DNA of 64,000 nucleotides, taken from Naegleria gruberi. Its lineage: Eukaryota. A program made the position numbers and the translations under genes. The notes below the pieces were generated by a model. The model saw nothing but the letters and a program-made list of their open reading frames with translations, ran no database searches and was not told where the DNA came from. The stretch is from assembly GCA_000004985.1 (NCBI GenBank), contig GG738911.1; one strand, 5' to 3'. How positions within the stretch are numbered: position 1 is the stretch's first letter; every line of letters begins with the position of its first letter. Of the stretch, positions 46,701 to 57,019 are shown one piece after another.

Positions 46701-47812
46701 ATACATCTGTGGAAGTGACAATTACCATATCTCCATTTGGGAATATATAAGTGTTGGTTACTATACCAATATACTTCCTCTTCGGTGAGTTTTCTATTTG
46801 TAATTTGGAATAACTCCCCAAAACAGTTTTGACCAATCCATTAGAAACCTTTCTGACAATACTACTGGTTTCTATGAAAAATAGTTCATTCTTGAACGAA
46901 AACGGGTAAGAAAGTGAAGATGTTGGACTTGTTTCGAATTGTTGAATATTTTCTCCATATGGATGATTGATGACTCCTCCAGAAAATGTGGAAACCACCT
47001 TGGTTCTTGTATCAATTTTTCTAATACAGTTATTTGTCTGGTCAACTAGGTAAACTATAGAATTTTTCAAAACCAAAGAGGAGGGGTTATAAAATAGAAC
47101 TTTCGAGTAAGAATCAATCAGATCATCTCCTTCATATCCATAGAGGTCTTGCTGTCCAATGAAAGTTGATTGTACTGCTGATCCAACAGATTTCATTTGA
47201 ACAAAATGCGAAGAAGGTGAAGTTGTCCAAATTTCATTTGATGATGTTACAAATATTCCATATCTTGATAATTAATGGAGTGAATAAACTGTTTAAAATC
47301 TTCACTTACAAATTTGATTGAGGACTCAAACCGTCAACAACTCTGTACTTTCCATTGCTATCAATACGTTTCACCCTTTCCTCATCTGTGAAATAAACCG
47401 TATCCTCTTTGCCATTGGAAACAACGTGAATATTCTTTGGAGATTTCATAATGACTGAATTGGCATCCACATTATCATAACTTCCATCCAAATATGCTTT
47501 TTCACCGCCAATAGTCGAAAGTACCCTTGTTGAAATGTCATACTTTTTGATGAGGTTGTTTTGTGTATCTGCAATGTAAAGAATATTATTCGAAGAAACA
47601 ACAATTCCCAATGGTTTGTTAAATGTAGCAGAGATGGAAGAAACTAGTCCTGTTGAAGCAGAAACTATTCTAATCTTATTGTTTTGAGTATCAGCTATAT
47701 ACAAATCACCGTTTGGAGAAACACTAAGAGATGAAGGAGTATTAAATAGAGTTTCTTTTGCATGATATCCATCACTGAAACCAGCTGTTCCCAATCCTCC
47801 AAAAACTACCAT
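43723..47812 (-). CDS. Receptor protein kinase, about 1400 aa: roughly 12 NHL repeats, 3 EGF-like repeats, one TM helix (VLIVSITIPIVASFLILVIIVIVVIVIIV) and a Ser/Thr kinase domain. At least five exons: 47812 to about 47312, about 47265-46205, about 46150-44230, 44185-44048 and 44005-43723. Introns of about 46, 49-61, 44 and 42 nt. The 5' end and signal peptide are unresolved.
   Basis: Kinase motifs are split across exons: ...LSIIH|RDIKPSNIF...IADFGLAK...GTPLFMS|PEIALG...DIFSLGVSIYQ. NHL signatures LYIADTQNNKIRIV and IVYLVDQTNNCIRKID. Donors GTAAGT and GTACGT. The ORF-track pieces 47306..47812, 46189..47196, 44148..45992 and 43723..43953 are its exons. Confidence 0.6.
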
Positions 47813-48131
47813 GCTCTCATTCTTGAACCCGTATCCAAATTTCGTCTCGCCAAAGTGTTAATGGTTTAACAAAATAAAACACATTTGGTTATGTTGTGTT
47901 TAAAAGTGTGTTAGAAGAAGTAAAATTAAATTCCTTTTGTTTTGTCCTTCCGAAACAAAGATTGTTTATTACATAATAAATTGATTGTTTTGATTTTCGA
48001 AATGATGAAAGTATTGTTTAACAATAGTAATTTAGATCGAACCAAACAAAAGGATCTTTATTTAGTCTCCACTATAAATTATTCCGAAAAGACCAAACAA
48101 AGCCAATACTGTTACTGTGAAAACAAGAGGG

Positions 48132-48276
48132 CACCATTATAAATATTTATCACGGTTGCTTCATACATCACCACAGCCACCATTATAAATATTCATCACA
48201 GTTGCCACCATTATAAATATTTATCATGGTTGCTTTAAATTACAGTGCCCACCAATATAAATATTCATCACAGAAC
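48132..48276 (+). repeat. Four head-to-tail copies (two exact-like, two degenerate) of a 28-29-bp unit CCACCATTATAAATATT(C/T)ATCA(C/T)(A/G)GTTGC, 37-181 bp upstream of the ORF at 48313.
   Basis: Copies at 48132-48159, 48177-48205, 48205-48233 and 48248-48276. Each contains a TATAAATA box. Confidence 0.8.
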
Positions 48277-48312
48277 CCACCAATCATTATTACCACAAAC
48301 CATTAAAAACAA

Positions 48313-50019
48313 ATGCCACCAAAAATACAACCTCCTACATGGTCGGAGAATGATAGAACAAACATAAAACAAATGTTTGATGCTTTTAAAAACAAATCTA
48401 TCCCTGAAAATGTTGATTTAATGAATTATGGTAGATATATTGCAAATAACTATTTAAATAGTAAAATTGTATTAGGAAATTTAAATACAAACAAAAGTAA
48501 CACGTGGAAAGAATGGGAAAAAAAAGGTTATTTAAATGATTTAGAATACTTCTATAATAATTTACAAGTGAAATACTATTTAACAAATATTAAACTATCA
48601 CCTACTAATAATCCGATTGTTGGAAATAATTATTTGATCGGAAAGGAAGTACAAGTAGATCCTAAAAAGTTATTATTTAAATCTACAACAACCAAAACTA
48701 TTAGATTAGGAAAAGGTATTTTAAGTACAATTAATGAAAATAATTATTCTATGAAAGATATTATTTATAGTACTAAATATAAAGAATGTTTTAATGAAAC
48801 AAATAGTTCATTAGATATTCCTAAACATTTGCTTTTTGAAATACCAATTGATTCTAACAAATCTACTCCAATATCAAAATGTCAAACTAAAACAGATTTA
48901 AATTTACAATCAATCAAACAATCATTCCCTCCATTATCAAGCGAAGTTGAAGAAAGTAATGTTTTTGATAATAAGGAATTAAAAATTAAAGAATTATTAA
49001 TAGATTCAACTAATGATGATGATGATAATTTGTTCGATATGGATTTAGTTTCAGAAATCTTGAAAAACAAAACAAAACCTCCATCAACTCCACCATCAAC
49101 AAAACTACCCACAACTTCTCCACCAACAACTCCACTAACAATTACTCCAACAATACCACCAACTCCACTAACAATTACTCCAACATTAGATTCTCTATTA
49201 CAAATTGCCACACCAGTAATTTTAAAAGGAGAAGAAAAAAAAAGAAAATTCGATGATTATGAAAATGATGAACAAAATGAAAAGGTTTTAAAAAGATATA
49301 TAAAATCATTAGAAGAAAAAATTAATAAGTTAGAAAAGAAAATAGAAAAAAAATCCAAAATTATTGAAAATCTTATGGAAAATCAAAACAATTCCAAGAA
49401 AGTATCAGAAATTGAATATATTATACAACAAACTAAACCTATTGCCGAAAATATTATTAATAATTCTAAAATAGTACAAAATTTTATTGGTGATGTTAAT
49501 GAATTATTAAGTCAAACACATAATTGTAAACCTGTTATTATAATGGAAAAGAAAAACAAAATTATTTTATCAGATGAGGAGAAAAATAATTACTTAAAAA
49601 TGATTACTTATCATAATGATAAATCAGTAACGTTTAATTTGGATAGTATATTAGGTAAACAAATAAGAATTTCTGAAAGCCAATATCAACAATTATTAAA
49701 TAGAGGAAATTTAAAATCTGGATTTACAAAAAACTTATTTTTGGAATTTTTTAAATTAAAATCTTCAGATTTAACAGAAGAACAAATTGAAAAGGTTTTT
49801 AGATTCTTGGCTATAATTAAACCAATAACTTTTGATAAAAAAAGATTTAAAAAAGATAGGAAAAATTTGGAAAAGAAAAAAACAAAAAACGATGATGATG
49901 ATTTTGAAGAAAATGAAATAACAAAAGATATTAATAATTCTGATAATGAAAAATTTGAAATATCAGATAATAATGTTAATCAATATGATCTTACAAATAA
50001 TTTAGAATGTATGTATTAA
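48313..50019 (+). CDS. AT-rich K/N-rich protein of unknown function (568 aa) with a Pro/Thr-rich linker and a coiled-coil segment. First ORF of the candidate element.
   Basis: Long uninterrupted ORF at about 25% GC. PPSTPPSTKLPTTSPPTTPLTITPTIPPTP linker. KRYIKSLEEKINKLEKKIEKKSKIIENL coiled coil. No recognisable enzymatic motif. Confidence 0.45.
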   Translation: MPPKIQPPTWSENDRTNIKQMFDAFKNKSIPENVDLMNYGRYIANNYLNSKIVLGNLNTNKSNTWKEWEKKGYLNDLEYFYNNLQVKYYLTNIKLSPTNNPIVGNNYLIGKEVQVDPKKLLFKSTTTKTIRLGKGILSTINENNYSMKDIIYSTKYKECFNETNSSLDIPKHLLFEIPIDSNKSTPISKCQTKTDLNLQSIKQSFPPLSSEVEESNVFDNKELKIKELLIDSTNDDDDNLFDMDLVSEILKNKTKPPSTPPSTKLPTTSPPTTPLTITPTIPPTPLTITPTLDSLLQIATPVILKGEEKKRKFDDYENDEQNEKVLKRYIKSLEEKINKLEKKIEKKSKIIENLMENQNNSKKVSEIEYIIQQTKPIAENIINNSKIVQNFIGDVNELLSQTHNCKPVIIMEKKNKIILSDEEKNNYLKMITYHNDKSVTFNLDSILGKQIRISESQYQQLLNRGNLKSGFTKNLFLEFFKLKSSDLTEEQIEKVFRFLAIIKPITFDKKRFKKDRKNLEKKKTKNDDDDFEENEITKDINNSDNEKFEISDNNVNQYDLTNNLECMY

Positions 50020-50026
50020 TAATTTA

Positions 50027-50608
50027 ATGTTAAATTTTTTAGTTTTATTTATAAATAGAGAAAGAAATATGATTATGAATAATGAATGGTTAAACGGAGA
50101 TATAATGGATAAATATTTACATATTTTACAATTACAATTCCCTTTTCTTCATTTAACAAAATGTTCTCAAAGTATTTATTTTTTGGATACTGTTTTACGT
50201 ATTATTAAAAGTGCAGAAAAAATAATAGATTATTCAAAACTTAATTTTGTTACACTCAATATACCAGGTACACATTGGTTGTTATTATGTATTAGTAAGA
50301 TTAAATCAATTGTTTATATGGACATTATTGATTCTAAAATTGATTTATTATGTGACAATCTTAAAAAAATGTTAATTAAATCATTCACACAAAACTTTTT
50401 ACCAGAAAATTGTGAATTAGTTTTAAGAAATATCAAATGTAAACAACAATCAAATGGATTTGATTGTGGATTATATGTGTTATCATTTATCCGTCAAATA
50501 GGTCAATCAAATATTGAAAATTTTAATCTTAGTAATATCAATTTTGAAAATACATTGATTATAACAAGAAACGAAATGGCTGAACAGATTAAACCAAATG
50601 GTAATTAA
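50027..50608 (+). CDS. Ulp1/SENP-like C48 cysteine protease catalytic domain (clan CE, same clan as adenoviral, poxviral and asfarviral proteases), 193 aa. Starts 7 nt after the stop of the preceding ORF, in another frame.
   Basis: Catalytic-core signatures in order: WLNGDIMDKYLHIL, LNIPGTHWLLLCISKIKSIVYMDIIDS (His), NIKCKQQSNGFDCGLYVLSFI (Gln...Cys). Confidence 0.6.
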   Translation: MLNFLVLFINRERNMIMNNEWLNGDIMDKYLHILQLQFPFLHLTKCSQSIYFLDTVLRIIKSAEKIIDYSKLNFVTLNIPGTHWLLLCISKIKSIVYMDIIDSKIDLLCDNLKKMLIKSFTQNFLPENCELVLRNIKCKQQSNGFDCGLYVLSFIRQIGQSNIENFNLSNINFENTLIITRNEMAEQIKPNGN

Positions 50609-50692
50609 ATAAAGCTTCATTATTTTATGTTTTTATTAAATAATCAATTAACAAAAGTAATTTAGAAGAACTAAACAAAACCTATTTATAGC

Positions 50693-50720
50693 CACCATTA
50701 TAAATATTCATCACAGTTGT
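50693..50720 (+). repeat. Downstream copy of the 28-bp repeat (CCACCATTATAAATATTCATCACAGTTG), plus a degenerate remnant at about 50766-50790.
   Basis: Identical to the core of copy 2 at 48177-48205. Followed, like copy 3, by TTAATTACAGT. Confidence 0.8.
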
Positions 50721-51424
50721 TAATTACAGTATATACGGTTAACGCTTACAACGACAACTTCAAGGGCACCATTTATTAATATTTGGCGCCAATATTAATT
50801 AAAAAAAACAACCATACAACACACTTGGCTTATAATTGGAGGTGATATGTTGTATTAATATTCTTACAACTTTTAATACAACCAATAAGTTATTATTATA
50901 TTATAATTTAATATTTGTTTTAGTATTAATGGTAGTTAGATTATTAAAATTAGAAGAATAATAAAGAATAAATAGATTAAATATTCCCGATTTAGTCATT
51001 CGTGTAAGACATGAATTGATTTGTAATATATAAAACTAATCTCTCTCTTTACTTCTTGTAAGTAATTTATATTGGAATTTAAATTCAATTATTGTAGTTA
51101 ATTGTGTGGAAATGGAAGAAATGTGAGGAAATTTAGTATGAATATTGATGATCTTATCTTTTTGAAGATGATGGAAATAATGATGATAGTAATTAAGAAA
51201 ATATTTTAAATGATATAGTAGTGATGAAGATAACGATGGAAATAATAATGAAGTTGGAATAATATATCACATGTTTCCCTCTGCGGAATACTTTTTACCA
51301 TTCAGAACTTTATATCTGCTTAATCCAATTATGAAATTTTCTTAATCTAAACATTAATAAACATTCTTCTCGAGTTTAACAAAATTGACTTTGTGCATCA
51401 AAATCATCTATGTTTCGTTGGTCC

Positions 51425-51600
51425 AAACTATCTTTATATTTTAGACAAAACCATATTGGTTTGGTTAGTCAAAACTATTTTGGTTTGATTGGTCCAAACA
51501 ATCTTCGTTTAGTTAGTAAAAACCATGTTGGTTTGGTTAGTCGGACCGGTGTTGGTTTTGTTGGTCCAAACAATATTTGTTTTGTCAAACAAAACAAACT
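51425..51600. repeat. Degenerate minisatellite of about 24-bp units (CAAAACCATATTGGTTTGGTTAGT-like), about 7 copies.
   Basis: Tandem units are visible by eye: caaaaccatattggtttggttagt / caaaactattttggtttgattggtc / caaacaatcttcgtttagttagta / aaaaccatgttggtttggttagtc ... Confidence 0.7.
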
Positions 51601-51678
51601 CGGCTTCACAAATGGCAAACCAAATTTATTTATTTTAAATTGGTCCATCCGTTTTTTGTTTTGTGCGGAGCGATTTCC

Positions 51679-51993
51679 TCATTTTAGATCGACAAAATAA
51701 AGGACCGTCCTGACACTAGGGAATATTCTGAATATCAGATGTCTTTCACAATCAGATACGTACATGTCCTCTTCCATGCCAAAACAAATACCGCATGGGG
51801 TTTTGAGATAGGCATACTTGGCATCAAACATAGTCAGCATGTCATGACCGCTGGCAGTGTTTCCAATCAATGTTTGCACTTTATAATCGAGTGCATGTAC
51901 GAACAATGATGGAGATGTATCTTGTAGGAGTAACATGCTGCTGACACATGTCAACAACAGCAAACAATGGATTGTTACAAAGGGCGTGGACAT
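51679..51993 (-). CDS. Small hypothetical secreted protein (104 aa, N-terminal hydrophobic leader).
   Basis: ORF with leader MSTPFVTIHCLLLLTCVSSMLLL. Weak support. Confidence 0.2.
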   Translation of the reverse strand: MSTPFVTIHCLLLLTCVSSMLLLQDTSPSLFVHALDYKVQTLIGNTASGHDMLTMFDAKYAYLKTPCGICFGMEEDMYVSDCERHLIFRIFPSVRTVLYFVDLK

Positions 51994-52371
51994 GGTTTCT
52001 TTTTTTTTGAAAGTAACAATTACACGTTAGCCCAACAATTACAAAATTGGACCTTTACACCATCCAATATACATGGTAGTATCGGAAGAAACGCAAATTC
52101 CCCAACACAGAATTCTCCCTAGTTTTACTCAGCTGGAGTTGGGTTTAAAAGAATTCTGTTGGTTTTCTCGTGGTGTTCTAAATCATCGGTGATACATTGC
52201 TGCTTAGTAGGAAGTACTTCCACTCGAACAAACTTTTGGATTTGTCGCGGTTACACTGATGGATGCGCGTTGCTATTTTTTTAAAAAGCGTGTTTTGGCG
52301 CCTTTTTTGTGAATAACAGAACCACAACAAGAGAAGTAAGAAAACTTTATGTTGGTATTTTAGGTTTAGTC

Positions 52372-55300
52372 TCATTTCGAAAGTGCTTGAATTCTCTGGA
52401 GTATTTGTGAAGGACTAATTCTACTGGCAGGATCATATCGTATCATTTCCCACAATAAATCACAACAGAGTTCAAATACCTCCCCTTGGTACTTCACTTT
52501 CTTACTAAATTGAACAATGGCAGGGAGAAGAACTTTCGTATCGGCCTCATCATTTCCTTGCTTGACTCTCAGCAATACAGATGCATAATCTCCTGAAAGC
52601 AGTTGATAAACTATGCATCCTAAACTCCAAATATCACTTGGTGGTCCGAATTCTCCCTTAATAATTGCTTCTGGAGCACTGTATTGTAATGTACCTTCGT
52701 AGGCAGTGAGATTGGAACGATGTTGATGTCTTGATGATCCCCAATCACCGACACACAATAAAAAATCATTATTCCATTCCAAGATGGATTTTGATGAAGA
52801 TTGAGGGTTTTCTGGAGCTTTTGCAATGAAAATATTGGTTTGTTTCAAATCTCTGTGGACCATTCCTTTTGAATGGAGATAGTCGAGAGCAGATGCTATT
52901 TGCTTGATAATTTCCAAAACTAATTCTATTGGAATTTGATTTTGATGGGTGTGAATCCAATTTCTCAAATCACACTTGTACAATGGCATGATGATACAAA
53001 TGAATAAACTATTCTCGACCATTGTACAACCTAAAATTGGTACTATGAAAGGATTGGATTCCTCACTCAATTCATACATATTTACAACTTCCTTAAATTC
53101 ACTTCCAAATGGATTGGTAACTTCAATCTGTTTCACAGCAAATAATTCATCAGTTGTAATCTCTTTAAAAATAAATACAGATCCATAAGCTCCACTTCCT
53201 AATTTCTTAACTAGTACATATTCCTTTTCACGAATTCTGAAATGATTTCTTGATGATAAAAGGTTTGGTGAGCTCGTTGAGGCAAGAGGACTGCTGATTG
53301 ATTTACTATTGCCAGGTAAATCTCTTGGATGATTTTCGACCTCATCAATGGTTTGAAGAGATACTGCTGTCTTATTGGTTGATGAATCTATTGAACTAAT
53401 TGTTTCAGGTTCTGAACGATAAACAAATGATGGTAAAAGACTCTTCTTTTCTGGATCTTGGTTTTTGTTTCTTCTAAACTTTTTAAAATAGACAAATACA
53501 CCAATACCTATGAGTGCTGATGAGATGCAAAGGAGAATAATACTAACAACAATTGCTGCAGCTGTTCCATTTCCAGAATCAATATCTTGACAAAATTTTC
53601 CACTATACCCATCATCGCATTGACATTTTGTTGAGTTTTGATTGGAAGCATTTTGACTGAGGACACAAAGACCATTAGATGAACACCTTTTGGTTGAGTT
53701 TTGAGATGGGTTATTTGAGGACGGATCACAATCCAACCAAGAACATGTTTCTCCAAAATAAAAAGGAAAACACGAACACTTATTGAATGAGACACAAACT
53801 CCTTGATCATTGCATCCACTAGTTCTCAATTTTCCAAAGCAGTAAGGTAATGAACAATCATTACCTCCATATTCTGAATTACATTTGCATGTGTTATTAG
53901 AAATGCATGAACCATGAGGTTGACAATTATTAACACCATCACAATTATATTGTGTGCATAGTTGACCTTCCCATCCACTATCACATTTACAAGTATTGTT
54001 GGAAATACATTTACCATTCGAGTTGCAACAGGTTGAATCATTTGCCAATTTCCCAAAACATATTGGAATGTCACAGAGATTTCCAACCCATCCCTCTTCA
54101 CAATCATAAATATTTGGTCCAACACATATTCCATGTTGTGATGGAATATCACAAGAATATGATCCACATTGCTCATTTCCTTTCCATCCACTTTGACACA
54201 AACATGTGTTATTTGAGACACATGTACCGTGTGAATTACACACCAATGAATTATTAGCTATTATTCCAAAACAAACTGGAATATTACACAAATCTCCATA
54301 CCATCCACTGGTACAGGAATACTGATTTGGTCCAATGCAATTCAGTCCATGTGTTGGCTTGGGAACATCACAAGAAAAATTGCTACACATTGAATTACCC
54401 CTCCATCCAGATAGACAGGCGCAACTTCCATTCACACAATCACCATGACCTGAACAAACTTGACCTTGTGAATCAATACACGAGTCAGAGTATCTCATTC
54501 TAATGGTAAAAGAATCGCTATATAGAAGAGCACCTTCTGTAGTTATGGCAACACCATTAGTTCCCTGAATGGCATCAGTTGTAACAGTTGAAATTATTCC
54601 ATCAGTATTAATCTTTCTGATAGCATTATTGCCTTTACAATCGTTAATACTCTCAACTAAAACCAGAAACCTACCTGAATCTGCAATGAAAATAACTCCA
54701 TTTGAGGTGACAGTCACTGCAAGAGGATAGCTTAATTGAGCACTAGTTGCTTGTTTCCCATCTCCTTGATTACCTCTTGTTCCAGTACCTGTTGTTTTCA
54801 TATCATTAACATTTGAGGACTAATTTGAAATATTTTAAGCTTACCTGCAATTACTGAAATAGTTCCTTTCGATAATTTCAAGATTTGATTTCCTCCACTA
54901 TTCGCAATATATAAATCCCCATTAGGAGTATAAAATAAACTTGTCGGATAATTCAACAAGTTCGAGGTAGAAAGTGTTGTAATGGTCTTATCATTATTGA
55001 CCCTCCTAATAATATTCACTCTACTATCTGCAAAGTCGAAGAGGAATTGATCTGCCCACAATGATGGAGGCGCCACGACACCACTAGGTCCAGATAATGT
55101 ACATGAAGTAGCTGGTAATCCATCATTACAATTTCCATTATTGGATGCATATTTTCCTGCAATTGTTGAAATTATTCCAGTATTGTCCACTAATCTAATT
55201 AAGTTATTTGCACTATCTGCAATTAAAAGGCCGAGTGAAATCTTGGCCATAGCTTTTGGCTGATTCAAAAGAGATTGGATTGCTGGAATGCCATCATTGT

Positions 55301-56657
55301 TATAACCAGAATTGGACAAACTACCAGCAATTACATTAGCAAAACCAGTTTTCAAATCAAGTTTTAAAACTGCTGATTGATAGGAAGTAAGGTAGACTTC
55401 ACTATCACTTATGACTTGTAATTGATTCAAGTTTCGTAAAAAAGAGCTTGAAGCTGGTACATTCGGATTAAAAGTATATGGATAGAATCCACTAAAAAGG
55501 AGAGGTGTTTCCAAAGTACGAAAATTAAACTTCATTACTTGGGTTGCTGCCACATTTTGCATGGTTGACTTGAAGTAAATATGATCGTGTGAGTCCCATC
55601 CAAAAAAGTTAATTCCCACAATGTTGTTATCATACAGAACTTTCACCTTTGCCAACTGTTGAGTGGTTTGATTGAATAAAAGTAATTGACCTCCACCAGT
55701 AGAAACAACATAAGATGAATCATAACCCAAACTGATAATATGTAATGGATTTGTAATGGGTGCAAAATTGGCCCAATTATAAACTATTCCATTTGTACTG
55801 AACTGTAATAATCTATTATATCCAGAATCTACAACAATCATTCCATCTGAAGAAAGGGCAATACTTGTTGGATTTGACATTTTACAACTCAAAGGATCAG
55901 CACCATTACAATTACTTGATGATTGAGTATTCACACCTCCCATAATAACCTTACACAGAACACTATTTTCATCAAGAAATGTCATGGTTCTAATAAAATT
56001 ATTCCCACTATCAACAATGTAAAATATTCCATTATATTTTGTAATCATAGTTGGAGCACGAATGGCATTATACATGGCAGGATCATAACTCAAAGAAAGA
56101 GTTCTCAAAATTCCACTTTCCATATCAACAACTCTTATATAACTAGCAAAATTATAGACATCCAATATAAATAGAGAATTTGTCGATTCATCCAAGTAAA
56201 CTCCACTCGGTGATGTCAATGAAAATTCAGTAGCCAATCCACTCAATGATGGTTTATCTTGAGGCACAGAACAAATTCCATTTCCTGCCACAACCACACT
56301 CATATTTCCAATAATCCTTCTCACCACACAAAATTGAATATCCGATAAGTAAATTATTGGCAAACCACTCGAAATATCCAAAGATGATACATGAATATTA
56401 CCTTGTGGTGCTACAATTGGAAAATGGTAGGAATCAATAGTAGTGCCAATACTTCCGGCAACCATAATATTAGCATTAGAATATAGACCAGCAAATTGAT
56501 TCTCCAACTCCTTGGTTGAGTCAATTTCGACTGCAGAAGCTTCTGCTCGAATACTAATGTTGTGATGATCACAGTTGCAAAGTGTGATTACTGCTGTCGT
56601 CGTCGTGAGAAACCCCAAAATGATGCAAAGAAAGAGCTGCAGGAGTGATATCTTCAT
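52372..56657 (-). CDS. Receptor protein kinase, about 1420 aa: signal peptide, roughly 10 NHL repeats, roughly 8 EGF-like repeats, one TM helix and a Ser/Thr kinase domain. Two exons (56657-54845 and 54788-52372) with a 56-nt phase-1 intron at 54789-54844.
   Basis: Donor ATTGCAG|GTAAGC and acceptor AACAACAG|GTACTGG join ...ISVIAG to GTGTRGNQGDGKQ... in frame. Signal peptide MKISLLQLFLCIILGFLTTTTA. TM AAAIVVSIILLCISSALIGIGVFVYF. Kinase motifs LGSGAYGSVF, AVKQIE, HRDLKQTNIF, DWGSS, SAPE. Confidence 0.75.
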
Positions 56658-57019
56658 TTTTTTTCGGAGTTGGATTCGAATAATAATTGCCTAAACATGT
56701 CCATTAAAAGTGGTTGTGATATCTGAAATACCTCCTTCTGACAGATTATCAGGTTATGGTTACACAAATATAGAGTTGCCTTGCAGCAGTTGTACACTCA
56801 GTGAAATGTTAATTATTGAACTGAACAAGAGAGGTTAGAAATTCACAAGGGGAAAAACAACTTGGGATCTGTCATTCTACATTCTTGTGATGTTGGCAAA
56901 TGAATTATATTTTTTCAATATGAAATTTGTTCAGTAAATTTTGAAGAATGATTTTCTTACCTCAATGCAACACTTCTTAAACAAAGTTTTAAGCGGCGCC
57001 GGAAAATAAGCAAAAAAAA

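Larger units (their letters stand above)
47940..51400. mobile_element. Candidate mobile or virus-derived insertion. It is an island of about 25% GC containing a K/N-rich ORF and a stand-alone Ulp1/C48 protease ORF, bracketed by direct copies of a 28-bp TATAAATA-containing repeat.
   Basis: Sharp drop in GC and a codon-usage shift relative to the flanking receptor-kinase genes. Repeat copies at 48132-48276 (four) and 50693-50720 (one, identical to copy 2). No introns inside. Confidence 0.3.

Noticed and set aside
48132-48276. Tandem 28-bp direct repeats superficially like a CRISPR array
   Set aside because: Eukaryotic nuclear context. The repeats are immediately adjacent (no unique spacers of regular length), degenerate, and contain a TATA box. 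A promoter or subterminal-repeat interpretation fits better.
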